From Comamonadaceae bacterium (GTDB lineage: Bacteria > Pseudomonadota > Gammaproteobacteria > Burkholderiales > Burkholderiaceae_C), in NCBI GenBank assembly GCA_947478935.1, contig CANJXV010000001.1, forward strand, positions 1-43,745: DNA of 43,745 nucleotides, written 5' to 3'. Shown here one piece after another: positions 9,292-18,063 of this stretch. A program made the translations under genes and the position numbers. Under the pieces are notes generated by a model. That model was not told where the DNA came from, ran no database searches, and worked only from the letters and a program-made list of their open reading frames with translations. Positions within the stretch are counted from its first letter, which is position 1. The number at the start of each line of letters is the position of its first letter.

Positions 9292-10598
9292 ACGCCACTA
9301 TGCCCGCGCCCAACACTTTTGCAAGCCAAGATCCCTGCGCGATCTTGATCGTAGGCGCAGGGCCTGCCGGTTTGTCTGCGGCGCTCGCCGCGGCGCCATC
9401 GGGCCGCAGCATCGTGGTGCTAGATGACAACCCCGCGCCCGGCGGTCAAGTCTGGCGTAATGGCGCGGGCGCTGCATCGCCCGGCCCCTTGCAGCAATTA
9501 CAAGAAGCTTTGGCTCGTTACCCCCATGTGCGCCTATGTTGCGGCACGCGGGTAGTGGCTGCGCAAGGCAGCCAGGCGCTGCTGCTGGAGAGCGCGAACA
9601 GTGCTTGGGTGCAAGGCTTTGAGCAACTGATTTTGTGCACGGGCGCGCGCGAACTCTTACTTCCCTTTCCCGGCTGGACGCTGCCCGGAGTAACTGGCGC
9701 AGGGGGCTTGCAAGCACTCATCAAAAGCGGGCTACCGGTGCGCGGCCAACGCATCGTGATAGCCGGTAGCGGGCCATTGCTGCTGGCGGCAGCGGCCAGC
9801 GCCACGCAAGCAGGCGCACACGTGCTGCGCGTAGCAGAACAAAGTACTTGGCTGCACGTGGCCGCTTTTGGCGCCGGGCTGCTGCGCTGGCCGAATAAGC
9901 TGGCCCAGGCGGCAACGCTAATGCACCGAGCTTACCGATGCGATAGCTATGTAGTCGCGGCCCAGGGCGATGCATGCCTGCAAAGTGTGCAGTTGCGCCA
10001 AGGCGCGCAAACCTTCCAGTTGGACTGCGACCGCCTGGCCGTAGGCTTTGGCCTGGTGCCAAACGTGGAACTAGGCCGCCTGCTGGGCTGCGCCACAAAG
10101 CCTAGCGCACAAGGTCATTTAGCCTTGCAAGTGGACGGGCAGCAATCGACCAGCGTGGCACATATCTTTGCAGCAGGGGAATGTACGGGTCCTGGTGGTG
10201 CCGAACTGGCTATGGCCGAAGGTCATATGGCCGGCCTTGCCACACTCGGGAAAAAACCCGCCGCAGCGCATTTGCACGCGCGCGCCCGTTGGCAGGATTT
10301 TGCATACCGTGTAGATCAACAATTCGCGCTGCGCCCCGAATTGCGCACACTGGCGCGAACAGACACGCTGCTGTGCCGCTGCGAAGACGTAGCCTATGGC
10401 AGCGTCGCGGCCTGCAGCGGTTGGAACGATGCCAAGCTTCACCAACGCTGCGGCATGGGCGCGTGCCAAGGCCGCATATGCGGCGCAGCGGCGCAGCACC
10501 TGTTTGGCTGGGACGCGCCCTCACCACGCCCGCCGCTCAGCCCCGCGCGCGTGTCCACCTTATCCCTGGCAAGCGAAGACACCCAGGCCTTGTCATGA
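9288..10598 (+). CDS. D-hydroxyproline dehydrogenase alpha subunit (FAD/NAD oxidoreductase with C-terminal BFD-like Fe-S domain)
   Basis: IVGAGPAG, ELLLPFPGWTLPGV, FAAGEC, CRCEDV...RCGMGACQGRIC. ATG 9288 overlaps the gamma subunit stop. Confidence 0.85.
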   Translation: MNATMPAPNTFASQDPCAILIVGAGPAGLSAALAAAPSGRSIVVLDDNPAPGGQVWRNGAGAASPGPLQQLQEALARYPHVRLCCGTRVVAAQGSQALLLESANSAWVQGFEQLILCTGARELLLPFPGWTLPGVTGAGGLQALIKSGLPVRGQRIVIAGSGPLLLAAAASATQAGAHVLRVAEQSTWLHVAAFGAGLLRWPNKLAQAATLMHRAYRCDSYVVAAQGDACLQSVQLRQGAQTFQLDCDRLAVGFGLVPNVELGRLLGCATKPSAQGHLALQVDGQQSTSVAHIFAAGECTGPGGAELAMAEGHMAGLATLGKKPAAAHLHARARWQDFAYRVDQQFALRPELRTLARTDTLLCRCEDVAYGSVAACSGWNDAKLHQRCGMGACQGRICGAAAQHLFGWDAPSPRPPLSPARVSTLSLASEDTQALS

Positions 10599-10697
10599 GC
10601 GCTTCTGACTACCCCATGGCGCTGCGGCCTATGCCCATAAACTACCGCACCCGCCAGCGCGCCAAGACTGGGATGCAGCGGATACAAAAATAAAGCT

Positions 10698-11366
10698 ATG
10701 GCCACCAAAAGCACCGTTACGCGTATCGAACCCAAACGCCGGGCCGCAGACTTGGCGTACGACCGCATTGAAGCGCTTATCTCCAAGCTGCAAATCGCTC
10801 CAGGCTCGCCGGTGGTAGAAAGCGAAATTGCCGAGCTGACGCAACTGGGCCGCACCCCGGTGCGCGAAGCGCTTATGCGCATGACAGCCATCGGCCTGAT
10901 CGTGCAACAACCCCGGCGCGGCCTGAGCGTATCGACTATCGACGTGGTGGACCACCTCAATCTGATAGAAACCCGTCGCGCCCTAGAGCGCCTCATCGCC
11001 ACCAGCTCGGCCCGGCGTGCTAGTGCAGAGCAGCGCAAAGGCCTGGTGCGCTGCGCCGAAAAAATGATCAAGGCAGGCGCGAGCGGCAATATCGACCAGT
11101 ACATGGCTGCAGACCAAGAACTGGACCACGTGAACCACGCCGCCTGCGGAAATCACAGCGCTGTCAAAGCGGTGGTACCACTGGTGGTGCAATGCCGCCG
11201 CTTTTGGTACCGCTACCAGGCCGAGGGCGAAATCAGCGAAGGCGCTCGCTTTCACCTGGTGCTGGCCGAGGCCATAGCCTCCGGCCAAGAAGCCCAAGCC
11301 GCCGACGGCGCCAGCCAACTTATGGACTACCTGGAGCGCTTTGCACGGCGGGTGATCAACGTATAA
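10698..11366 (+). CDS. GntR (FadR/FCD) family transcriptional regulator, likely regulator of the Hyp cluster
   Basis: Winged HTH with GRTPVREAL, followed by an FCD-type domain. Confidence 0.88.
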   Translation: MATKSTVTRIEPKRRAADLAYDRIEALISKLQIAPGSPVVESEIAELTQLGRTPVREALMRMTAIGLIVQQPRRGLSVSTIDVVDHLNLIETRRALERLIATSSARRASAEQRKGLVRCAEKMIKAGASGNIDQYMAADQELDHVNHAACGNHSAVKAVVPLVVQCRRFWYRYQAEGEISEGARFHLVLAEAIASGQEAQAADGASQLMDYLERFARRVINV

Positions 11367-11514
11367 GTCGGCAATGGGCAAACTTTGAAGAAAATGGGGC
11401 TTTAAGCCTGCGCACACAATAGCGCTTGCGCTTTCTTAGTAACCGCGCCCGCTGCTCAATGACACACCACTGCCCCACACCAGCCCGAGCGCGGCCTATG
11501 CGTTCGAACCACCC

Positions 11515-11898
11515 ATGATTGCTGCCTTGCGTTTTTTTCTGTTCTTTGCCTGCGTGAGCGCCGCGCTATCTATCGGCGTGAGTGCAGTAGCCGCGCATAC
11601 CCTGACACTGTCTGTGCAAGACGCCCAAGCCTTGACCTGGGCGCTGGATTTACAACGTTTTCATGCCTTGGGTTTGCTGGTATCGATGCTGCTGGCGCAC
11701 CAAGGTAGACCTACTGCCTGGACCATAGCAGCTGGCACTTTGTTTGTTGCGGGCACCCTTCTATTTTGCTTGAATATTGAGCTGCGCCTGTTGTATGGCT
11801 TCGAACTGCTGCGCCCCCTGGTGCCCTATGGCGGCATCGCTTTTATGGCAGGCTGGGTGGCGCTGGCTATAGGCGGCTGGCCCATGCAGGAACGCTAG
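11515..11898 (+). CDS. DUF423 (YgdD/TMEM256)-like small membrane protein
   Basis: A.AAH, FHALGL, GTLLFC and P.GG..FMAGW patterns; four hydrophobic segments. Confidence 0.72.
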   Translation: MIAALRFFLFFACVSAALSIGVSAVAAHTLTLSVQDAQALTWALDLQRFHALGLLVSMLLAHQGRPTAWTIAAGTLFVAGTLLFCLNIELRLLYGFELLRPLVPYGGIAFMAGWVALAIGGWPMQER

Positions 11899-11921
11899 CC
11901 TTTTGCGTTTGGCAGCGTTGC

Positions 11922-12845
11922 ATGCAAGCTTTTTACAGCGACCAGTTTGTGCTGCCCCTGCCCCAGGGGCACCGCTTTCCTATGGCCAAGTACGCCATGC
12001 TGCGCGACGCTCTGGTCGCGCATTTGCCGGACATTCAATTGCTGCTAGCGCCGCGCGCCAGCGATGTCGACCTGCTGCGGGTGCATACGCCAGACTACGT
12101 GCGCGGCATTGCAGATGGCAGCGTGCCACCAGCGGTGCTGCGCGAAATAGGTTTTCCCTGGAGCGAGGCCATGGCGGAGCGGGCACGTCGCTCGGTAGGC
12201 GCCACTGTAGCCGCCGCGCGTTCGGCGATCCGCCAGGGCATTGGCGCTAATTTGGCCGGTGGCACGCACCATGCTTATGCGGACAAGGGTGGCGGCTTTT
12301 GTGTTTTCAACGATGTGGCCGTAGCCACGCGCGTGCTACAAGCCCAGCACCTGCGCGAGGGGCGCGCCCTGCAAGTAGCGGTGATCGACTTGGACGTGCA
12401 CCAAGGAAACGGAACGGCGCGGATTTTTCAGGGGGATGAGACTGTATTTACTCTGTCTTTGCACGGTGACAAGAATTTTCCCTTTCGTAAAGAAGCTGGC
12501 GACCTGGATGTGGGTCTGCCCGACGGCACCGCAGACGCGGACTACCTGGCTGCGCTGGATGCTGCGCTGCTGGAATTGGACCGGCGCTCTACGCCGCAAC
12601 TGGTGTTTTTTCTGGCCGGGGCCGACCCGCACGAGGGCGACCGCTTGGGCAGGCTGAAGCTAACTTTTGAAGGCATGCAAGCGCGCGACCAACGCGTACT
12701 GAACTGGTGCCTGGCGCGGCGCATCCCCTTGGTGCTATTGATGGCCGGGGGCTATGGCATCGAAATCGACGCCACAGTGCAAGTGCAGTTAAACACGTAC
12801 CGCCTGGCTTATGCGCATTGGCAACGCTGGCATCGCGCGCAATAG
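11922..12845 (+). CDS. Histone deacetylase family Zn-dependent deacylase
   Basis: HRFPMAKY, GGTHHA, GFCVFND, DLDVHQGNGT, GADP..GDRLG, AGGY. Confidence 0.92.
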   Translation: MQAFYSDQFVLPLPQGHRFPMAKYAMLRDALVAHLPDIQLLLAPRASDVDLLRVHTPDYVRGIADGSVPPAVLREIGFPWSEAMAERARRSVGATVAAARSAIRQGIGANLAGGTHHAYADKGGGFCVFNDVAVATRVLQAQHLREGRALQVAVIDLDVHQGNGTARIFQGDETVFTLSLHGDKNFPFRKEAGDLDVGLPDGTADADYLAALDAALLELDRRSTPQLVFFLAGADPHEGDRLGRLKLTFEGMQARDQRVLNWCLARRIPLVLLMAGGYGIEIDATVQVQLNTYRLAYAHWQRWHRAQ

Positions 12846-12858
12846 CAGACTCAAGCCC

Positions 12859-13905
12859 TTAAACCAAGCTGGCCATGTCGATCACAAAACGGTACTTCAC
12901 ATCGTTTTTTTGCATGCGTTCATAGGCCTGGTTGATGTCCGCGGCCTTAATCAGTTCGATATCCGAGACGATCCCGTGGGCGGCACAAAAGTTCAGCATT
13001 TCCTGGGTTTCCCGGATACCACCCACCAGCGAGCCAGCAATATTGCGGCGTCCCAGGATCATGGGGCGGGTGTTGAGTTGGGCGTTGGGGCCAATGGCAC
13101 CCACAATGCACATGGTGCCATCGACTTTGAGCAGACTCATGTAGGCATTGAAATCATGCGGGACTGGGATGGTATTGAGCAAAAAGTCGAACTGATTGGC
13201 CATGACCAACATGGCCTCCTCGTCCGTAGAAATCAGCACTTCATTCGCCCCCAGGCGCATGGCATCGGCCGCTTTGCCGGGCGAGGTGGTGATCATTACC
13301 GTCTTAGCACCCATGGCATGCGCCAGTTTGATACCCATATGGCCCAAACCACCCAGGCCGATGACGCCTACCGTCATGCCCGGCCCGATGCCCCAATGGC
13401 GCAGCGGCGAATAGCTGGTAATACCCGCGCACAGAAGCGGGGCGGCGCTGGCCGGGTCTAGACCGTCCGGCAGGGAAAGCACGAAGTCCTGGCCTACGAC
13501 AATGCTCTTGGAGTAGCCGCCCTGGGTGTAGCCGCCGGGGTCTGCGCTGGGGCTACCGTAGGTCAGGGTGTAACCACTGAGGCAATACTGTTCCATGTGG
13601 TCCGCGCACGATGAACAGGTACCGCAGGAGCCCACAAAGCAACCGACCGCCACTGCTTGGCCCGGCGCAAAGCGCGTGACCTGCGCACCTACCGCACGCA
13701 CGCGTCCGACAATTTCATGGCCAGGAACAATGGGGTAAACGCTGCGGCCCCAGTCGTTTTTAGCCACATGCAAATCGGTATGGCAAATTCCACAAAACTC
13801 AATGTCAATCTGGACATCTTGCGGTCCGACCGCGCGGCGCGCTATCGCTAAAGGTGCCAGTGGCAAGGTGGCACTATGGGCGGCAATGCTGGGCGTAATA
13901 AGCAC
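12859..13905 (-). CDS. Zn-dependent NAD(P) alcohol dehydrogenase (cinnamyl-ADH/YahK type)
   Basis: CGICHTD, GHEIVG, structural Zn CGTCSSC..C, APLLCAG, GLGGLG, DVKYRFVID. GTG 13905 is 6 nt after AAGGA; TTG 13911 is an alternative start. Confidence 0.92.
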   Translation of the reverse strand: MLITPSIAAHSATLPLAPLAIARRAVGPQDVQIDIEFCGICHTDLHVAKNDWGRSVYPIVPGHEIVGRVRAVGAQVTRFAPGQAVAVGCFVGSCGTCSSCADHMEQYCLSGYTLTYGSPSADPGGYTQGGYSKSIVVGQDFVLSLPDGLDPASAAPLLCAGITSYSPLRHWGIGPGMTVGVIGLGGLGHMGIKLAHAMGAKTVMITTSPGKAADAMRLGANEVLISTDEEAMLVMANQFDFLLNTIPVPHDFNAYMSLLKVDGTMCIVGAIGPNAQLNTRPMILGRRNIAGSLVGGIRETQEMLNFCAAHGIVSDIELIKAADINQAYERMQKNDVKYRFVIDMASLV

Positions 13906-13998
13906 GGACAATCCTTCAATACACTGTTGTATGTAATGCGGGTAATGTAGCGGGAGAAAGCCCGCAATTACCGTCTAGTAGGCCGTTTGACGTACTTT

Positions 13999-14802
13999 TT
14001 ATTTGCCCGAAGGTGCTGGAAACAAGTCGTCAATGCGGCCCGTCTGGTAGTACACCCAAAGCCCCACGTATTCATGTACTGCAGACTCGATATTTCCTAA
14101 TGCTGCCCCGGCAGTGCGCGGCACGTACCACTGGCCGCTTTTACCGGTGGACTTGAAGGCCACGGGATAAGGTATTACATCAAATCCCGATTTGCGAAAC
14201 AGGCCCATGGAGCGTGGCATGTGAGCGGCCGAGGTGACCAGCAGCCATTTTTCGCCGGGCTTAGGGTTAACCAGGTCGCGGGTAAAGATAGCGTTTTCGT
14301 GGCTATTGCGTGAGGCTTCTTCATACAGCACCTGCCCGTGATCGACGATGGCGTCACGCCAGAAGGGACGCACTTTATCGCTTTCCTTGAACGGCCCGGG
14401 ATTTAGTGAGCTACTGCCGCCGGTTAAAACCAGGCGCGCATGGGGATAGCTGCGCAGCAGACTGACCGGTGCCAGCAGGCGCTCCGCTTCTGCGTTGATA
14501 CTGAGATGACCTTGCCCGGCGCTAAGCACCTCGTCCACCGCGCCACCCAAAACAATAATGCCATCGACGCGGTCCGCAAGCTTGCTAGGGGCAGCAAAGC
14601 GGGTTTCTAGTGGCACCAATAATTCGTTGCCGACGGGGAAAATCAGCATCGATAACAAAATACCCAATATCAGCTGGATTACCCGGAACGATGCGCTGCG
14701 CTTGGTAACTTGTGGCCAGAAAGTCGACGCAAAAGCCAGCCCGACCAGCATGTGCACTGGCGAGACCAAAAAACCGGCTATTTTGGAAATTTCAAAAAAC
14801 AT
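13999..14802 (-). CDS. YdcF/ElyC (DUF218) family envelope protein
   Basis: N-terminal TM helices, GIIVLGG, LTGG, SRNSHENA, LLVTSAAHMPRS, HEYVG. Confidence 0.88.
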   Translation of the reverse strand: MFFEISKIAGFLVSPVHMLVGLAFASTFWPQVTKRSASFRVIQLILGILLSMLIFPVGNELLVPLETRFAAPSKLADRVDGIIVLGGAVDEVLSAGQGHLSINAEAERLLAPVSLLRSYPHARLVLTGGSSSLNPGPFKESDKVRPFWRDAIVDHGQVLYEEASRNSHENAIFTRDLVNPKPGEKWLLVTSAAHMPRSMGLFRKSGFDVIPYPVAFKSTGKSGQWYVPRTAGAALGNIESAVHEYVGLWVYYQTGRIDDLFPAPSGK

Positions 14803-14887
14803 AATCCACTCCCTTTCTTATTCGTTAGAAATACAGCCGTGTAAACTGATACCGCTATTTCCAACCCCGAAAACCCAGAAAATCCCC

Positions 14888-15517
14888 ATGAAAAAGTCAT
14901 TTGCTGCCACTTTTTTGAGCCTGCTGGCCGCCCAATCGAGTTTCGCGATAGATAACGACACCTTGAAATCCACCGTTGTGGCAGCGGGCCTTCTGACGAA
15001 CTCTTTCGCTATTTTTAATAGAAACTCGTTTGATTGTAAAAATAGTTATAAATTAGGTTATGAAGCGGCCAAGGACGAGGAGCTTTCCTCCCATTCGCTA
15101 AATTTCTCGCCCATGGATTGCAAACTAGGCGCCTCGACCATGCTGCCGCAGTCCATGACGTTTGAAGTCCTGCCCACGGTTTTAGGCTCGGTCTGGAACG
15201 CTGATTTAGGGCCTTATTCCAAACAGGCTTTCTCTTTAGCCCTGATTCCTATGGGACGTTACGGGCTACAAGTGGGCGCAACTATTGTAGATTTCAGCGT
15301 CGGCCTGGGGCCTACGCTGGTCAGCGAAACCGCTATCGGCACCCGCCAAAAATCTACGAATTTCCAATTTACCGACGAAATGGGTATCGGTATTTCGGAT
15401 CTGAACCAGCGCGCACGCCTGGCCTTTACATACCGGCACGCCAGCAATGCTGATATCAAATTGCCCAATAACGGCGTAAATTTCCTGGGCTTGGGGCTGA
15501 CGCTCAAGGTGGACTAA
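14888..15517 (+). CDS. pagL: PagL-family lipid A 3-O-deacylase (outer-membrane beta-barrel)
   Basis: Signal peptide MKKSFAATFLSLLAAQSSFA; C-terminal STNFQF and catalytic YRHASNADIKLPNNGVN motif. Confidence 0.78.
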   Translation: MKKSFAATFLSLLAAQSSFAIDNDTLKSTVVAAGLLTNSFAIFNRNSFDCKNSYKLGYEAAKDEELSSHSLNFSPMDCKLGASTMLPQSMTFEVLPTVLGSVWNADLGPYSKQAFSLALIPMGRYGLQVGATIVDFSVGLGPTLVSETAIGTRQKSTNFQFTDEMGIGISDLNQRARLAFTYRHASNADIKLPNNGVNFLGLGLTLKVD

Positions 15518-15653
15518 TTGGCTGGCCGCACAAGGCGGCCCCAACCAGACCAGAATGTGAAAGCGGGGAAAATCCCCATAATCTGATTCCTAAGCCTTGG
15601 CTATAGTTGTCCGAACCGGTTGTACATTGACCGCTTTTGGAAAGACTTCCTCT

Positions 15654-17294
15654 ATGCCCGCCGACCGCCCCATCCGTAGCACCATGATGCCGGTGCCTCT
15701 TTCGCTCAACCACTTATTGGACCGCGCGGGGTACTTGTTTTCTAGCAACGAAATCGTCTCGCGCTTACCCGACAAATCGTTGCGTCGCCACAGCTACGGC
15801 GACTTTTACGCCCGCACCCGCAAGCTGGGCCAGGCGCTTGTAGATCTGGGCTTGCAGCCGGGCGACCGGGTGGCGACGCTTAGTTGGAACCACCATGCGC
15901 ATTTGGAGTGCTATTTTGGGATACCCGCCGCAGGCGGCGTGATGCACACCCTGAATTTGCGCTTAGCACCGGACGAAATCGCCTGGATCGCCAACGATGC
16001 CAAGGATCGCTTTTTGGTGGTGGACGATGTACTACTGCCTTTGCTGGCGCAGTTTCAAGGCCAATGTACGTTTGAAAAAATCATCGTCTTCCCCTTTTCC
16101 GGTGCGCCGGTGGCTGCGCCCTTTTTAGACTACGAAGCCTTGCTGGCGCAGGCCGATGGCGAAAAGTTTCGGTACGTGGCACACCACGAAGACGACGCGG
16201 TGTCCATGTGCTACACCTCGGGCACCACCGGCAAACCAAAGGGCGTGGTCTATTCGCACCGCTCGACGATTTTGCATACCCTGGTGGGATGCACGGCCGA
16301 TATTTGGGCTTTGCGCAGCAGCGATGTCGTGTTCCCGGTCACGCCCATGTTCCACGCCAATAGCTGGGGCATGCCCTATGGCGCGGTCATGACCGGTTGC
16401 AAACTGATATTTCCCGGCCCGCATTTGCACCCAGACGATTTACTGGATCTGATGCAACTGGAGCCGCCCACGCTATCGCTAGGCGTGCCAACCATCTGGA
16501 TGAGCCTGATTCAAACCTACGAGGCCTCTCTAGACAAACAGCCTGGCCGCTGGAAATTGCCCACCGGTATGCGCAGCCTGGTCGGCGGCGCAGCGGTGCC
16601 CGAGGCGCTGATACGCGCTTTCGATAAACACGGCATCTGGATTCAACAGGGCTGGGGCATGACCGAGACCTCGCCGCTGGCCACCGTGTCGTACACCAAG
16701 TCAGAGTTCGTCCATGCCGATGCCGACGAGCGCTATCGGCGTGCCGCCATGGCCGGTGTACCGGTGCCGCTGGTGGATATTCGTATGCGTGACGACGATG
16801 GCCACGATGCGCCTTGGGACGGCCAGGCCGTGGGCGAGATACAAGTGCGCGGCCCCTTTATCACAGGCTGTTACCACGAAGTGCCCATCAGCGAAGACAA
16901 ATTTTCTGCCGACGGTTGGCTGCGCACTGGCGACGTGGCCTCCATGGATGCACACGGCTTTGTGCGCATTACTGACCGCACCAAGGATTTGATCAAGTCC
17001 GGTGGGGAATGGATCAGCTCAGTCGATCTGGAAAACGCCCTCATGGGACATGCCGATATTGCAGAAGCAGCTGTAATTGCCATACCAGACCCGAAGTGGA
17101 GCGAACGGCCACTCGCCTGCGTGGTAGCCAAGCCTGGCAAGACATTGGACTTTGCTGCACTCAACGCACACCTTCTGGCGAACGGATTTGCCAAATGGCA
17201 ACTGCCGGAACGCTACGAAAGCATTGCTGCCGTACCGCGTACATCTACGGGCAAGTTTTACAAACTGAAGTTGCGCGAGATGTTTCCGACTTGA
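15654..17294 (+). CDS. Medium/long-chain fatty acid-CoA ligase (AlkK/DmdB-like)
   Basis: AMP-binding YTSGTTGKPKG, PMFHANSWG, QGWGMTE, GWLRTGD, DRTKDLIKSGGEWISS, PRTSTGK. Confidence 0.92.
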   Translation: MPADRPIRSTMMPVPLSLNHLLDRAGYLFSSNEIVSRLPDKSLRRHSYGDFYARTRKLGQALVDLGLQPGDRVATLSWNHHAHLECYFGIPAAGGVMHTLNLRLAPDEIAWIANDAKDRFLVVDDVLLPLLAQFQGQCTFEKIIVFPFSGAPVAAPFLDYEALLAQADGEKFRYVAHHEDDAVSMCYTSGTTGKPKGVVYSHRSTILHTLVGCTADIWALRSSDVVFPVTPMFHANSWGMPYGAVMTGCKLIFPGPHLHPDDLLDLMQLEPPTLSLGVPTIWMSLIQTYEASLDKQPGRWKLPTGMRSLVGGAAVPEALIRAFDKHGIWIQQGWGMTETSPLATVSYTKSEFVHADADERYRRAAMAGVPVPLVDIRMRDDDGHDAPWDGQAVGEIQVRGPFITGCYHEVPISEDKFSADGWLRTGDVASMDAHGFVRITDRTKDLIKSGGEWISSVDLENALMGHADIAEAAVIAIPDPKWSERPLACVVAKPGKTLDFAALNAHLLANGFAKWQLPERYESIAAVPRTSTGKFYKLKLREMFPT

Positions 17295-17298
17295 CAGA

Positions 17299-17315
17299 GG
17301 CGAACTTGATTCGCC
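17299..17315. terminator. Short hairpin between convergent acyl-CoA ligase and anbu genes
   Basis: GGCGAA-CTTGA-TTCGCC perfect 6-bp stem in a 27-nt convergent gap; lacks a U-tract. Confidence 0.35.
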
Positions 17316-17321
17316 GAAGAC

Positions 17322-18053
17322 CTATTTAAGCCACTGCGGATCCGGCAATTGACCGAACACCTGTCGCAGTCCTTGGCTCCAGCTGGAGCGTAAATCTCTG
17401 AAGTAACTGTCTTCGGCGTCTATGCGATGCCGCTTGGTCACACGCAAGTCATTCGTTTTGACCATCGCAACATCGATGGGCAGACCGACCGACAAATTAC
17501 TTTTAATGGTGGAGTCAAACGACACCAGCGCGCATTTAATAGCCTGCGACATGCTGATGCCGGGCTGAATGACGCGATCCAAAATAGGCTTGCCGTATTT
17601 ACTCTCGCCGATCTGGAAAAACGGTGTATCGACTGTGGACTCTATGAAATTACCTTGCGGGTACACCATGAACAAACGCGGCGCTTCGCCATTGACCTGA
17701 CCGCCGACCAGAAACGTGGCGGTGAAATCCACATCGCTTTGCTCGGGCGCTTCGTTTTGGGTGGTGTGTATGGTTTTGCGCAATTCGCGCCCTACCAGTT
17801 CAGCGACGGTAAACATGGACGCGTGCGCCGTCAACGGCTTTTCAGCATCGATGGCATGCTGCTTAATGCGGCTGACCACTTGCTGCGTGGTTGCCAAGTT
17901 GCCGCTGTTGAGCATGACTATGACGCCTTGGCCCGGTGCTTCGATCACCGTCATCTTGCAAAAGGTGGACACATGGTCCACGCCCGCGTTGGTGCGCGAG
18001 TCAGAGGCGAACACCAGTCCTTCGTCGAGCACCATGCCAACACAGTAAGTCAT
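17322..18053 (-). CDS. anbu: Proteasome-type protease Anbu (Ntn hydrolase)
   Basis: M-TYCVG start exposing Thr1, SDSRTNAGVD, SGNLATTQ, YPQGNFIE, QIGESKYGKPILDR, SNLSVGLP. Confidence 0.92.
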   Translation of the reverse strand: MTYCVGMVLDEGLVFASDSRTNAGVDHVSTFCKMTVIEAPGQGVIVMLNSGNLATTQQVVSRIKQHAIDAEKPLTAHASMFTVAELVGRELRKTIHTTQNEAPEQSDVDFTATFLVGGQVNGEAPRLFMVYPQGNFIESTVDTPFFQIGESKYGKPILDRVIQPGISMSQAIKCALVSFDSTIKSNLSVGLPIDVAMVKTNDLRVTKRHRIDAEDSYFRDLRSSWSQGLRQVFGQLPDPQWLK

Positions 18054-18063
18054 GCCTTGCGCC

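Noticed and set aside
14558-14887. N-terminal extension of the 319-aa ORF containing PagL
   Set aside because: It overlaps ydcF on the opposite strand; a clear signal peptide starts at ATG 14888.
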